Source of the DNA: Sedimentisphaera cyanobacteriorum
GTDB lineage: Bacteria; Planctomycetota; Phycisphaerae; Sedimentisphaerales; Sedimentisphaeraceae
DNA: 32,000 nucleotides
Reading direction: 5' to 3'
NCBI RefSeq assembly: GCF_001997385.1
Contig: NZ_CP019633.1
Coordinates: forward strand, 330,001 to 362,000
Positions 18,672 through 26,884 of the stretch are shown one piece after another; positions within the stretch are counted from its first letter, which is position 1; each line of letters opens with the position of its first letter. Made by a program: the position numbers and the translations under genes. The notes beneath the pieces were generated by a model, which did not search any database, was not told where the DNA came from, and was given only the letters and a program-made list of their open reading frames with translations.

Positions 18672-19646
18672 ATGACTGAAACTTTCAAAGAAAGCAATTA
18701 TCTCCCGTTTGAGAAGGAGATAATGGAAATAGACAAACAGCTCCATAAGCTTAAAATAGAGAATGCTGAGAGCTCAGAGATCTACAGCCTTCATAAAAGG
18801 CAGGTAGAGCTGCTGCAGAAAACCTACAGCGAACTCAGCGCTTGGCAGACTGTGCAGGTTTCCCGTCATCCTAACCGTCCTATATTAGGCGATTATCTTA
18901 AGGATATGGTCAAGGAATTCAGCGAGCTGCACGGAGACAGGTGCTTCGGGGATGACAAGGCAATCGTTACAGGATTCGGCCATATCGGCATGGAGCGGGT
19001 ACTGATTGTAGGTCATAAAAAAGGGCGGGACGTTAAAGACAAGGTCGAATGCAATTTCGGCTGCGCCAACCCAGAAGGATACCGAAAAGCGCTGAAGAAT
19101 ATGAAGCTTGCAGCTAAGTTCGGCATTCCCGTTGTAACCCTGATTGACACGCCCGGGGCGTATCCCGGTATCGGCGCAGAGCAAAGGGGGCAGGCGCAGG
19201 CGATAGCTCAAAACCTTATGGAATTAGCACGTCTTCGCACGCCTGTAATATCAATCGTGATTGGAGAAGGCGGAAGCGGAGGAGCTTTGGGCATAGGCGT
19301 TGGAGACAGCTTTGCAATGCTTGAATACTCCTACTATTCGGTTATCTCGCCGGAGGGATGCGCAGCTATCCTCTGGAGAGACGGAAGCAAAGCCGAAGAA
19401 GCCGCAGAAGAGCTCAAGCTAACAGCAGACGATTTGAAAAAGCTCGGAGTGATACAGGATATAATTCCTGAGCCTCTCGGCGGGGCACACAGGGATAAAT
19501 ACACCGCTGTTTACAATGTAGAAAATTTTATACTCAGAAAGCTGAATGAACTGAAATACCAGAACATTGATCAGCTGCTCGAAAAAAGATACAAGAGAAT
19601 AACCTCAATCGGGCAGCCTTCTCAGTTTTCACCTGCAGGCGAATGA
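18672..19646 (+). CDS. accA: Acetyl-CoA carboxylase carboxyltransferase alpha subunit
   Basis: 324 aa. RHPNRP, NFGCANPEGYRKA, IDTPGAYPGIGAEQRGQAQAIA and GEGGSGGALG motifs. Confidence 0.9.
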   Translation: MTETFKESNYLPFEKEIMEIDKQLHKLKIENAESSEIYSLHKRQVELLQKTYSELSAWQTVQVSRHPNRPILGDYLKDMVKEFSELHGDRCFGDDKAIVTGFGHIGMERVLIVGHKKGRDVKDKVECNFGCANPEGYRKALKNMKLAAKFGIPVVTLIDTPGAYPGIGAEQRGQAQAIAQNLMELARLRTPVISIVIGEGGSGGALGIGVGDSFAMLEYSYYSVISPEGCAAILWRDGSKAEEAAEELKLTADDLKKLGVIQDIIPEPLGGAHRDKYTAVYNVENFILRKLNELKYQNIDQLLEKRYKRITSIGQPSQFSPAGE

Positions 19647-20206
19647 TGGATGTCCGAGAAAATCACGAAGAACTTGTAGAAGAAGTGCTTTTCACTGAAA
19701 AGCAGGTGCAGCAGGCCGCAGACCGATGCGCTGAATGGCTCCGCGGAATAATCCAAAACCAGAGCTGCGTTTTAGTGTTTTATATGCTTGAGGGATGCAG
19801 AAGATTTGCCGAGATGCTCAATCATAGACTGCTCAGGGCGGGCGTTGATAAAGAGCTTATACCCATTAGAACATCAAGCTATAACGAAACCACACAGTGC
19901 AGCGAAGTAGTGAAAATTGAGGACGACCATATCCAAAAAGACCAGCTCCAAGGCAGAACGATTGTGCTGATAGATGACATCCTTGATACCGGCGGGACAA
20001 TGAACTCCGTGCGGAAACGTATGCTGGAATACGGGGCAGACAAGGTGCAGATTTGCGTTCTGCTCGAACGGGAAATCGAACGGAAGGTGAATATCAAGGC
20101 AGATATGGCCGGCCTGAAAACTCAGAGAGCAGAATACCTCGCAGGCGTAGGGCTGGACTACAAGGGTATGCTTAGAGAGCTGCCTTACATTGCGGTTATT
20201 GAGTGA
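19643..20206 (+). CDS. hpt: Hypoxanthine(-guanine) phosphoribosyltransferase
   Basis: 187 aa. PRPP-binding loop IVLIDDILDTGGTM and C-terminal GVGLDYKGMLRELPYI. ATGA overlap with accA. Confidence 0.8.
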   Translation: MMDVRENHEELVEEVLFTEKQVQQAADRCAEWLRGIIQNQSCVLVFYMLEGCRRFAEMLNHRLLRAGVDKELIPIRTSSYNETTQCSEVVKIEDDHIQKDQLQGRTIVLIDDILDTGGTMNSVRKRMLEYGADKVQICVLLEREIERKVNIKADMAGLKTQRAEYLAGVGLDYKGMLRELPYIAVIE

Positions 20207-20305
20207 TTTAAGCAATCCAGCCGAGGCTATTGCGTTGCAGTAATGTATTAGTCAAACTAAGCCGGCTTCAATGCGCAGATTATACTTATCACGCGGATTT
20301 TGGGC

Positions 20306-20332
20306 TTTGTTTTACAACTAAGCCCGCTAAGG
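20306..20332 (-). repeat. 9-bp module (2 units). Reverse complement CCTTAGCGG GCTTAGTTG TAAAACAAA
   Basis: Read directly. Related to the plus-oriented module at 21921. Confidence 0.6.
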
Positions 20333-20374
20333 GGATATTTTATTGGTAAAATTTTTATCCACAGATTTTATGTG

Positions 20375-20409
20375 TTTTTTTACCACCAAGCACACGAAAC
20401 ACACGAAGG
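20375..20409 (-). repeat. 9-bp triplet module. Reverse complement CCTTCGTGT GTTTCGTGT GCTTGGTGG TAAAAAAA
   Basis: Three tandem 9-mers plus an A-rich tail. Confidence 0.8.
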
Positions 20410-20428
20410 GGATATGGTTTCAATTGAT

Positions 20429-20463
20429 TTTATTATCCACAGATGGCACGGATGACACAGATT
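20429..20463 (-). repeat. 9-bp triplet module. Reverse complement AATCTGTGT CATCCGTGC CATCTGTGG ATAATAAA
   Basis: 32 of 35 positions identical to 529..563. Contains TTATCCACA at 20433..20441. A single-unit relative lies at 20351..20369, with TTATCCACA at 20355..20363. Confidence 0.8.
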
Positions 20464-20485
20464 TTATTGGAATTAGTAAAGATAA

Positions 20486-20526
20486 GTGGCGAGCGGCGAG
20501 CGGCGAGTGGCGAGTGGCGAGTGGCA
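20486..20526. repeat. Heptamer microsatellite (GYGGCGA) in about 6 copies
   Basis: GTGGCGA GCGGCGA GCGGCGA GTGGCGA GTGGCGA GTGGCA. Confidence 0.9.
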
Positions 20527-20596
20527 AAATCATAAGCGAAAAATCTTTTCGAAAAGAATGCTTATGTGCCTCTCCCCTGTCTTTGAACAGTAATAA

Positions 20597-21421
20597 TTAG
20601 ACAAATTCCTTCAAACAGCAGTTTTTTCCTTTTGCCCCTTCAGAATTATTTTGAGGGGTGAAAGGCAAAAAACTGCGGACATACTCTACAGGAGTTTTCC
20701 CTCCCAGTGATTCGTGCCCACGCTCATAATTATATTCTATAAGCCAATCTAAAGTTAAATTACGAGCTTCTGATAAATTCTTAAAACTGTACATATCAAG
20801 TATATCCTCTCGATAACTCCGATTGAATCGTTCAATAAAACTGTTTTGCTGAGGCTTGCCTGCTTCTATACGGCGGTGCCTGATTCTGTTTCGGCAGCAG
20901 AACCTGCGAAATTGAAGGCTCCTAAATTCCGGCCCATTATCGCTGCGAATAAAGCGGGGGAAACCCCGATCAGAGCCTATTAATTCAAGGCTACGAATTA
21001 TGCGAAGCGAAGGTAAGCTCGTGTCGATCTCAATATCCAATGCCTCACGGTTAAACTCATCGATAACGTTGAAAGCCCTGAATGGCCGACCATTACTCAA
21101 ACTATCGCTCATAAAATCAATACTCCATATCTCATTAGCTCTCGTAGCTTCTGGCATAGGTTTACGCTCTATTTGCCTTATCAAATTCTTTTTACGGTTG
21201 TTAAGCTGAAATTCATTTTCCTTATAAACACGATAAACCTTTTTGTGATTCCAGCTATATCCCTTGCGGCGGATACTGTCGAATATCTTTGGAAATCCGC
21301 GTCGAGGACGGGAATCTATTACCAGCTCTATCTGTCTTTTTACCTCAGCATCATCGTTTCTTGAAGGAGTATAGTAAAAACTGCCCCGGCTGATGCCTGC
21401 TGCTTTACAAGATGATTGCAC
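20597..21421 (-). CDS. IS3-family transposase OrfB (DDE integrase core), expressed as an OrfAB fusion by -1 frameshift
   Basis: DDE residues in WSIDFM, RSDNGPEF and ERFNRSYREDIL. The frame stays open upstream of the listed start (..KKLLKPAERKDFARQAHSKGLCVQ) as far as the slippery site. Confidence 0.9.
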   Translation of the reverse strand: MQSSCKAAGISRGSFYYTPSRNDDAEVKRQIELVIDSRPRRGFPKIFDSIRRKGYSWNHKKVYRVYKENEFQLNNRKKNLIRQIERKPMPEATRANEIWSIDFMSDSLSNGRPFRAFNVIDEFNREALDIEIDTSLPSLRIIRSLELIGSDRGFPRFIRSDNGPEFRSLQFRRFCCRNRIRHRRIEAGKPQQNSFIERFNRSYREDILDMYSFKNLSEARNLTLDWLIEYNYERGHESLGGKTPVEYVRSFLPFTPQNNSEGAKGKNCCLKEFV

Positions 21422-21474
21422 GCATAAGCCCTTAGAATGTGCCTGCCTGGCAAAATCCTTTCGCTCGGCAGGCT

Positions 21475-21741
21475 TTAGAAGTTTTTTTCTATTAAATCCT
21501 TGAGAACGTTATTCTCTAATGATAAGTCCGCATACATCTTTTTGAGCTTGCCGTTCTCTCGCTCTAACTCGCGTAAACGCCTTATCTCACTGCCGCCAAT
21601 ACCAGAATACTTGCTCTTCCAGTTGTAAAATGTGGCACGGGATATGCCGTATTTCCTGGTCAAATCACTGACCTCTAAACCGGCTTCTGACTCCTTGAGA
21701 ATCGAAAGTATCTGGCTTTCACTAAACCTCGATCTTCGCAT
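21475..21741 (-). CDS. IS3-family transposase OrfA (HTH and leucine zipper)
   Basis: 88 aa. FSESQILSILKESEAG..VSDLTRKYGISRATFYNWKSKY and RLRELERENGKLKKMYADLSLEN. Confidence 0.9.
   Translation of the reverse strand: MRRSRFSESQILSILKESEAGLEVSDLTRKYGISRATFYNWKSKYSGIGGSEIRRLRELERENGKLKKMYADLSLENNVLKDLIEKNF
21481..21487 (-). promoter_or_regulatory. Programmed -1 ribosomal frameshift heptamer A AAA AAC
   Basis: OrfA frame reads GAA AAA AAC TTC TAA. The -1 frame continues AAA AAA CTT CTA AAG into OrfB without a stop. Confidence 0.75.
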
Positions 21742-21831
21742 TTTAAGTTCCTTTCTAAATATTTGAGTTGGTTTATATTATTCAGGAACCGTCTAATTTA
21801 AAGTGTTCAATTCTATGGGAGAGCTACACTT

Positions 21832-21856
21832 AGCGGGCGGCTTGTGCCGCACCGCT
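21832..21856 (+). repeat. REP-like hairpin element, copy 2 (AGCGG GCGGC TTGT GCCGC A CCGCT)
   Basis: Same architecture as 406..430. The inner-stem difference is compensatory (GCGAC/GTCGC against GCGGC/GCCGC). It directly abuts the IS target duplication. Confidence 0.75.
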
Positions 21857-21920
21857 GTAATATGAAAAACTTTCCCCTTATCATTGCCTTGAACTTTAAA
21901 AATTCTGTCTAAAAATATCC

Positions 21921-21957
21921 CCTTAGTGCTTCTTAGCGTTTCTCAGTGGCTGAAATA
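21921..21957 (+). repeat. 9-bp module CCTTAGTGC TTCTTAGCG TTTCTCAGTGG CTGAAATA
   Basis: Read directly. The third unit is 11 nt. Confidence 0.7.
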
Positions 21958-21983
21958 TCTCAGCGCTGCTCGTGGTTTAAAGC
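21958..21983 (+). repeat. 9-bp module (2 units) TCTCAGCGC TGCTCGTGG TTTAAAGC
   Basis: Read directly. The tail TTTAAAGC resembles TTTAAACC at 637-644. Confidence 0.65.
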
Positions 21984-21995
21984 AATTACAAAAAT

Positions 21996-22030
21996 TCTTC
22001 GTGCCCTTCTTGGACTTAGTGGTTTCAGCA
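21996..22030 (+). repeat. 9-bp triplet module TCTTCGTGC CCTTCTTGG ACTTAGTGG TTTCAGCA
   Basis: Three tandem 9-mers plus a tail. The first unit is nearly identical to that of 610..644. Confidence 0.8.
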
Positions 22031-22196
22031 CATGCAGCGTTAAATCCAAGTTGTAAGCGGGGCTTGCGGGCGGAAGCCGTTTTTTTTTGCAGGCTTTTTC
22101 CGCTCATAAGCAGCTGAATCTGAAAAATATTTTTGAAGAGTTGTTGACTAACTTTTCTAAGCCTTAAAATCTCTGCATTCTAAGACGAGGAATTAA

Positions 22197-23624
22197 ATGA
22201 ATAACTTACTCAAGAAAGCAGAGATAAAGGCGTCAGCCGCAGAGGTTCTTGCTGTAGCAATCCCGCTTATCATAAGCACTAGCGCTCATACTGTGCGAAC
22301 CTTCACAGACAGGGTGTTTCTGATGCGTTATGAGCCTCAGGCGATGAGCGGGGCTATGTTTGCAGGCCTGTGCTTTTTCTGCATTTGTGCATTTTTCCTC
22401 GGTATTGTTTCCTACGTAAGCACATTTGTAGCGCAGTACAACGGCTCAGGCCGTCATTACAGGATAGGCCAGTCTGTCTGGCAGGGGGTTTATCTGGCTG
22501 TCTTCTTCGGCTGCATCGGCAGTTTTGCATATTTTCTTGCAGAGCCTCTGTTCACTTGGATGGGGCACAGCAGCGAAACTCTCCGCTATGAAGTGATATA
22601 CTTCAGGATAATGTGCATATCTTTCATTCTGGTGCTTGTGGGGCAGGCATTCGCCTGTTTCCATATAGGCAGGGGGAAAACCAAAGTGGTGATGTATGTA
22701 AACATCCTTACCTGCGTGCTGAACATAATTCTCGATTATACGCTGATATTCGGTAATTTCGGAGCTCCTGAAATGGGCATACGCGGCGCCGGTTACGCAA
22801 CTGTCTTGAGTATTGCAGCCGGTACGCTTGTATATGCAGCGAGCTTCATCCGCAAAAAGAATCAGAGCCGGTATGGTGCTACCAGCGGCTATCCTTTCCT
22901 CTGGCCTCTAACAAAAAGGATACTCAGATACGGCCTGCCCAACGGCGTTAATTTTATGCTGGATATAGCGGCTTTTACGAGCTTTCTCGGCTTTGTCGGC
23001 CGATACGGGGAGGATATACACACCGCAGCCTCGCTCGTATTCAGCGTGAATATGATAGCTTTTATGCCAGTTATCGGTCTCGGGATGGCTGTGAGCGTTA
23101 TTACGGGCAAATATCTCGGTATGAACAAGCCCGGGCTTGCAGTGAGGAACGCCTGGATAGCCTATTCGATGGCCCTTGCGTACTTTATCTGTACGGGTTT
23201 GATGTATGTATTTGCCGGAAAGGTGCTTATAACCCCTTTCACAGGAGAGATGGCTGAGGAGCAGATAAATTCCCTGATGTCTCTTGCGTATCCTCTGATG
23301 TGTTTTATAGCGGCATTTTCGATAGCGGATGCCGGAGCGATTATATTTTCAAACGTGCTCAAGGGAGCCGGGGATACGAGGTTCGTAATGACTGTAACTA
23401 TCACCCTGTCATGGCTGCTTATGGTTCTGCCTTCTTATGTCTCTGTAAAGCTCTCGCTTCCGTACTTTATACCTTGGATTGGTTTGACAGTTTACATCTA
23501 CATGTTAAACTTTGCATTTCTTATTAGATTTTTGAAGGGCAGGTGGAAAAAGATGAGAGTTATAGAAATGGACGCGGTAGAAGATATTGGGGATAAGTGC
23601 GAGCTGCCTCCAGCGAAGATTTAA
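22197..23624 (+). CDS. MATE-family (MOP superfamily) transporter
   Basis: 475 aa, about 12 TM helices. N-terminal LAVAIPLIISTSAHTVRTFTDRVFL and a mid-protein repeat typical of NorM/MATE. SD GAGGA upstream. Confidence 0.8.
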   Translation: MNNLLKKAEIKASAAEVLAVAIPLIISTSAHTVRTFTDRVFLMRYEPQAMSGAMFAGLCFFCICAFFLGIVSYVSTFVAQYNGSGRHYRIGQSVWQGVYLAVFFGCIGSFAYFLAEPLFTWMGHSSETLRYEVIYFRIMCISFILVLVGQAFACFHIGRGKTKVVMYVNILTCVLNIILDYTLIFGNFGAPEMGIRGAGYATVLSIAAGTLVYAASFIRKKNQSRYGATSGYPFLWPLTKRILRYGLPNGVNFMLDIAAFTSFLGFVGRYGEDIHTAASLVFSVNMIAFMPVIGLGMAVSVITGKYLGMNKPGLAVRNAWIAYSMALAYFICTGLMYVFAGKVLITPFTGEMAEEQINSLMSLAYPLMCFIAAFSIADAGAIIFSNVLKGAGDTRFVMTVTITLSWLLMVLPSYVSVKLSLPYFIPWIGLTVYIYMLNFAFLIRFLKGRWKKMRVIEMDAVEDIGDKCELPPAKI

Positions 23625-23699
23625 TTTGTATGCAGAATCGGCATCCCTGCTTTCTGCAAACTTACCTTAACTGCTCTAAGTGTTTCTTGAGAATTATTA

Positions 23700-25586
23700 A
23701 TGGCAAAATCAGATAAAAGTCAAAATGCGGGAGCGGCTTCTAAAAAAGAGGCCGGAGCAAAAAGACCGCAAAAAAAGCCATTTATGACCATGGGGCCTAC
23801 CCTGCATTATAAACATTCAAATGTTGTGCGGGGCTGGTGGCTAGCTGTAATTGTTTACCTTATAGCCTGTCTGTTCTGGTCTAAGGTGCTATGGGGGAAT
23901 ATAGATTTAGTTTCATTCCAGCAGCTCAATTCAAACCTTGATATTTGGCTTGTAGGGCATCTGGTGAAAAATCCCGTGAGCATTTATGAATACCCGTGGC
24001 ATATTTTTGTTCTCGGGGGGCTTGCAGCTGTGATCACGTTCTTGCCGCTGATGATATCTCAGCTCTTGAGCTTCAGCTACAGCATCCTTCCGGTAATTTT
24101 CTGTTTTACTGTAGCAAGACTGCCCGGTCTTGCAGTAATGCTGCTTTTAGCGTGCTTTATGGTTGCAGCGAGGCCGCTTCGATTCCGTTCAAGATTTATT
24201 TCACTTGTTCTGTGCAGCAGTCCAGTACTGCTGTATTTTATAATCACGGGCAAAGCTCCCGATCCAGACCCGCTTAAATGGGGACTTTCATTTTCCCCTT
24301 GGCTTCTATCGTGGCTTTTGGGGCTCGGTCTTTGCGGTATAATACTCAGCGTGGGGCATTTTACACGCTACCGTCCCGGGCAGATATGGATAGCAGGGGC
24401 AGTAATGCTTATGCTTTCAGCTTTCATCTTCTTCGACAGAATCAGCTTTGCAGAATCGGACTACAAACTTTACATCCAGAGCAATTCTCCGGATTCTATA
24501 GAAAATTTCCAGACCCACGATATAAGCAGTATATTGGATAAGGCGGCAAGGAATCCGCTTTTTTCATCAGATGAGAGATTTGCATACGCACCGGACCCGC
24601 ATATCTACAGGGAGGAGCTGATTTATGAGCTTCAGGAAATGCTCTCTCTGGGCACTTGGCCTTTCTGGTTTATAGAAAACTGCGATTCGGATTTCTATGA
24701 TTACGAGAGAAAGAGGCGTGCTGTTATTGAGCAGTACGATTATTTCACCGCAGAACATCCTGGAAGCAGTCGGGTGGCTTCTGCGCTTTACTACAAGGCG
24801 ATTCTTAATGAGTATCAGCCGGACATCCCTGCTATAAAGGAGCTTGAGGTGCTTCGTTTTTACAGCGAATTCCCGAGGGCTGAGGTCTATCCGGACTGGA
24901 TTAAGCTTTATGCCAAGTATCCCGAAAGCGTGGAATCGCTGGAGGCAAGGTGGCGTATGGCGATGAATCTGGCAGGCAGGAAAAAATTCAATACTGCCGC
25001 GAGCCTTTGCAGAGAGGTCTTGGATCTAGCGGACAAGAAGAGAGAGATCGTTGAGAAAAATAGAAACGATGAAACGGAAATCTTTCAAAAGCCCCCGGAA
25101 ACCGTCGTTACACCTATGGATTTGCAGGGACTTCTGCATCGAACAAGATATTACCTCCGTTTTCTCAAGGGGGAGTATCTTGAAGCAGAACCTGCCCTTC
25201 TTGCGAAATTCATAAGGCTGGATAAACGCTCTATGGATTATCTCAGCAAGCTTAAATCTATAGAAAAAAGGCTGCCTGATGACAGCCCGCTTGCGGATAA
25301 TGTGAGGCTTGAGATACTTCAGAAGCAGTATTACGGCCTTTCTCTTGTTGAGAATCTCAAAAAGTTTGTGGAGAAATTTCCGCAAGCAGATGGGGCATTA
25401 GAGGCCAAATATCTTATGGGCAAAAGATATGCAAAGCTTGGGCTTGAGGAAAGCGATCCGGCGAAAAAGGCCGAATTTATAGATCAGGCTAATACCCTTC
25501 TGACCACTCTGATTGAGGATAACCCAGAGACCATCTTCGTAAAAGACATAAAGAAACTGCTTTCAAACCTTCCTAAAGAGGAGTAA
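23700..25586 (+). CDS. Hypothetical polytopic membrane protein with a large helical-repeat (TPR-like) C-terminal domain
   Basis: 628 aa. Basic N-terminus, about 6-7 hydrophobic helices within residues 45-250, then about 370 aa of helix-rich soluble sequence. I recognise no family motif. Its stop lies 3 nt before the waaA start. Confidence 0.5.
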   Translation: MAKSDKSQNAGAASKKEAGAKRPQKKPFMTMGPTLHYKHSNVVRGWWLAVIVYLIACLFWSKVLWGNIDLVSFQQLNSNLDIWLVGHLVKNPVSIYEYPWHIFVLGGLAAVITFLPLMISQLLSFSYSILPVIFCFTVARLPGLAVMLLLACFMVAARPLRFRSRFISLVLCSSPVLLYFIITGKAPDPDPLKWGLSFSPWLLSWLLGLGLCGIILSVGHFTRYRPGQIWIAGAVMLMLSAFIFFDRISFAESDYKLYIQSNSPDSIENFQTHDISSILDKAARNPLFSSDERFAYAPDPHIYREELIYELQEMLSLGTWPFWFIENCDSDFYDYERKRRAVIEQYDYFTAEHPGSSRVASALYYKAILNEYQPDIPAIKELEVLRFYSEFPRAEVYPDWIKLYAKYPESVESLEARWRMAMNLAGRKKFNTAASLCREVLDLADKKREIVEKNRNDETEIFQKPPETVVTPMDLQGLLHRTRYYLRFLKGEYLEAEPALLAKFIRLDKRSMDYLSKLKSIEKRLPDDSPLADNVRLEILQKQYYGLSLVENLKKFVEKFPQADGALEAKYLMGKRYAKLGLEESDPAKKAEFIDQANTLLTTLIEDNPETIFVKDIKKLLSNLPKEE

Positions 25587-25589
25587 TAC

Positions 25590-26873
25590 TTGCGCTGGCT
25601 TCTTAACTTACTATACTTTGCGGCATTCCTTTGTTTTCTGCCAGTTGGGATTTACAGATTCATCTTTCAGGGACGTTACAGAAAGGGACTGCAAAACCGA
25701 TTCGGTTTTGCAGCACGCAAGACAGCCAAAGAAAAATGCATTTGGATACACGCTGTGAGTCTTGGCGAGGTGAATGCGGCCAAAGGACTTATAGATATTC
25801 TCAAAAAAGACTGCTCTGAGGCGGAGATCGTTTTGAGCACAACAACCGATACCGGCTTCAGCAGGGCGCAGAAGCTCTATGGCGATGAGCTTTCAATATT
25901 CTTTTTTCCGCTGGATTTTTCATTCTTTATCAAAAGGGCGTTTTCTCGCATTAAGCCTTCGGTATGCGTGCTTGTGGAGTTGGAGATTTGGCCTAATTTC
26001 ATATTCACTGCTGATACCTGCGGCGCTAAGACAGTTGTCTTCAACGGAAGACTGAGCGATAAGAGCTTTCCGAAATATGAGAGGATTAAGTTCTTTATCT
26101 CTAAGATTTTCAAAAAGATTGATCTCTTTCTCGTTCAAACTGAAAAGTATGCAGACCGGTTCAAGGCTCTCGGTGCATCTGGGGATAAAATAACAGTTAC
26201 CGGCAGCGTGAAATACGATAATGCTTGCAGTCTTGAAGAGCTCAGCGGCGCGGAGGAGCTTTGCAGGCAGATTAACCTCAAGGAAAGTCAAATGCTTATC
26301 ACAGCAGGGGCGACAGGACCCGGAGAAGAGCAGATAATTCTGGATGTTTACAAAGAGCTCAAGGGAGAGTTCGACAATTTAAGGCTTGCTGTTGTGCCGC
26401 GGAAGCCGGAGAGATTTCAGCAGGTTCATAAAATTATCGAAAATGCGGGGTTTGGAGTCAAGAGATACAGCCGCATCAAGGAGGATGCTCTTGAAGAGGA
26501 TTTAGAGCCTTCAGATGTGATCCTCGGCGATACTATGGGCGATTTAAGGAAATTTTACGCCGCCAGCGAGCTGATTTTCGTGGGCAGGAGCTTATGCCCG
26601 ATGGGCGGTTCTGATATGATAGAAGCCGCAGCGCTTGGAAAATTCACCGCCTTCGGCCCGCATACATTCAACTTTTCCGAATCCGCCGAGCTGCTTGTCT
26701 CAGCCGAGGCAGCTGTTGAAGTTTCAGGAGGGCAGGAGCTTGCTGATACTTTCCGCAGGGCGGCTCAAGACCCTCAATACCGCCGCAAAACAGGGCAGGC
26801 AGCCAAGGAGCTCATAGATGCTAATAAAGGAGCAGGCAGGCTTTCTGCACAGGAAATTGAAGCCCTCTTATAA
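25590..26873 (+). CDS. waaA: 3-deoxy-D-manno-octulosonic acid (Kdo) transferase
   Basis: 427 aa. N-terminal anchor helix, WIHAVSLGEVNAAKGLIDIL signature, GT30-type C-terminal half. TTG start with SD AGAGGAG. Confidence 0.85.
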   Translation: MRWLLNLLYFAAFLCFLPVGIYRFIFQGRYRKGLQNRFGFAARKTAKEKCIWIHAVSLGEVNAAKGLIDILKKDCSEAEIVLSTTTDTGFSRAQKLYGDELSIFFFPLDFSFFIKRAFSRIKPSVCVLVELEIWPNFIFTADTCGAKTVVFNGRLSDKSFPKYERIKFFISKIFKKIDLFLVQTEKYADRFKALGASGDKITVTGSVKYDNACSLEELSGAEELCRQINLKESQMLITAGATGPGEEQIILDVYKELKGEFDNLRLAVVPRKPERFQQVHKIIENAGFGVKRYSRIKEDALEEDLEPSDVILGDTMGDLRKFYAASELIFVGRSLCPMGGSDMIEAAALGKFTAFGPHTFNFSESAELLVSAEAAVEVSGGQELADTFRRAAQDPQYRRKTGQAAKELIDANKGAGRLSAQEIEALL

Positions 26874-26884
26874 AGAATACTGCT

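Larger units (their letters stand above)
20565..21828 (-). mobile_element. Intact IS3-family insertion sequence (IS407-group-like), 1264 bp
   Basis: Ends are TG..CA. Imperfect terminal IRs: TGTGCCTCTCCCCTGTCTTTGAACAGTAATAATTAGAC against reverse complement TGTAGCTCTCCCATAGAATTGAACACTTTAAATTAGAC. 4-bp direct repeat CTTA at 20561-20564 and 21829-21832. orfA and orfB are linked by an A AAA AAC slippery site. Confidence 0.9.

Noticed and set aside
20327-20341. 15-bp perfect inverted match CTAAGGGGATATTTT (20327-20341) against AAAATATCCCCTTAG (21912-21926), bracketing the IS and inner island
   Set aside because: About one 15-bp inverted match is expected by chance in 32 kb. It is better explained as part of the mirror-oriented module family than as a distinct pair of element termini. 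The true IS ends are defined by the TG..CA inverted repeats and the CTTA duplication.
20306-22030. CRISPR array as an explanation for the periodic repeats
   Set aside because: The units are 7-9 bp and directly abutting, with no 25-40-bp repeats or unique spacers, and there are no cas genes.
22061-22088. Terminator-like GGCTT-gcgggcgg-AAGCC followed by T9, upstream of the MATE gene
   Set aside because: The stem is only 5 bp with an 8-nt loop. The T-run is striking but the hairpin is too weak to call a terminator from sequence alone.
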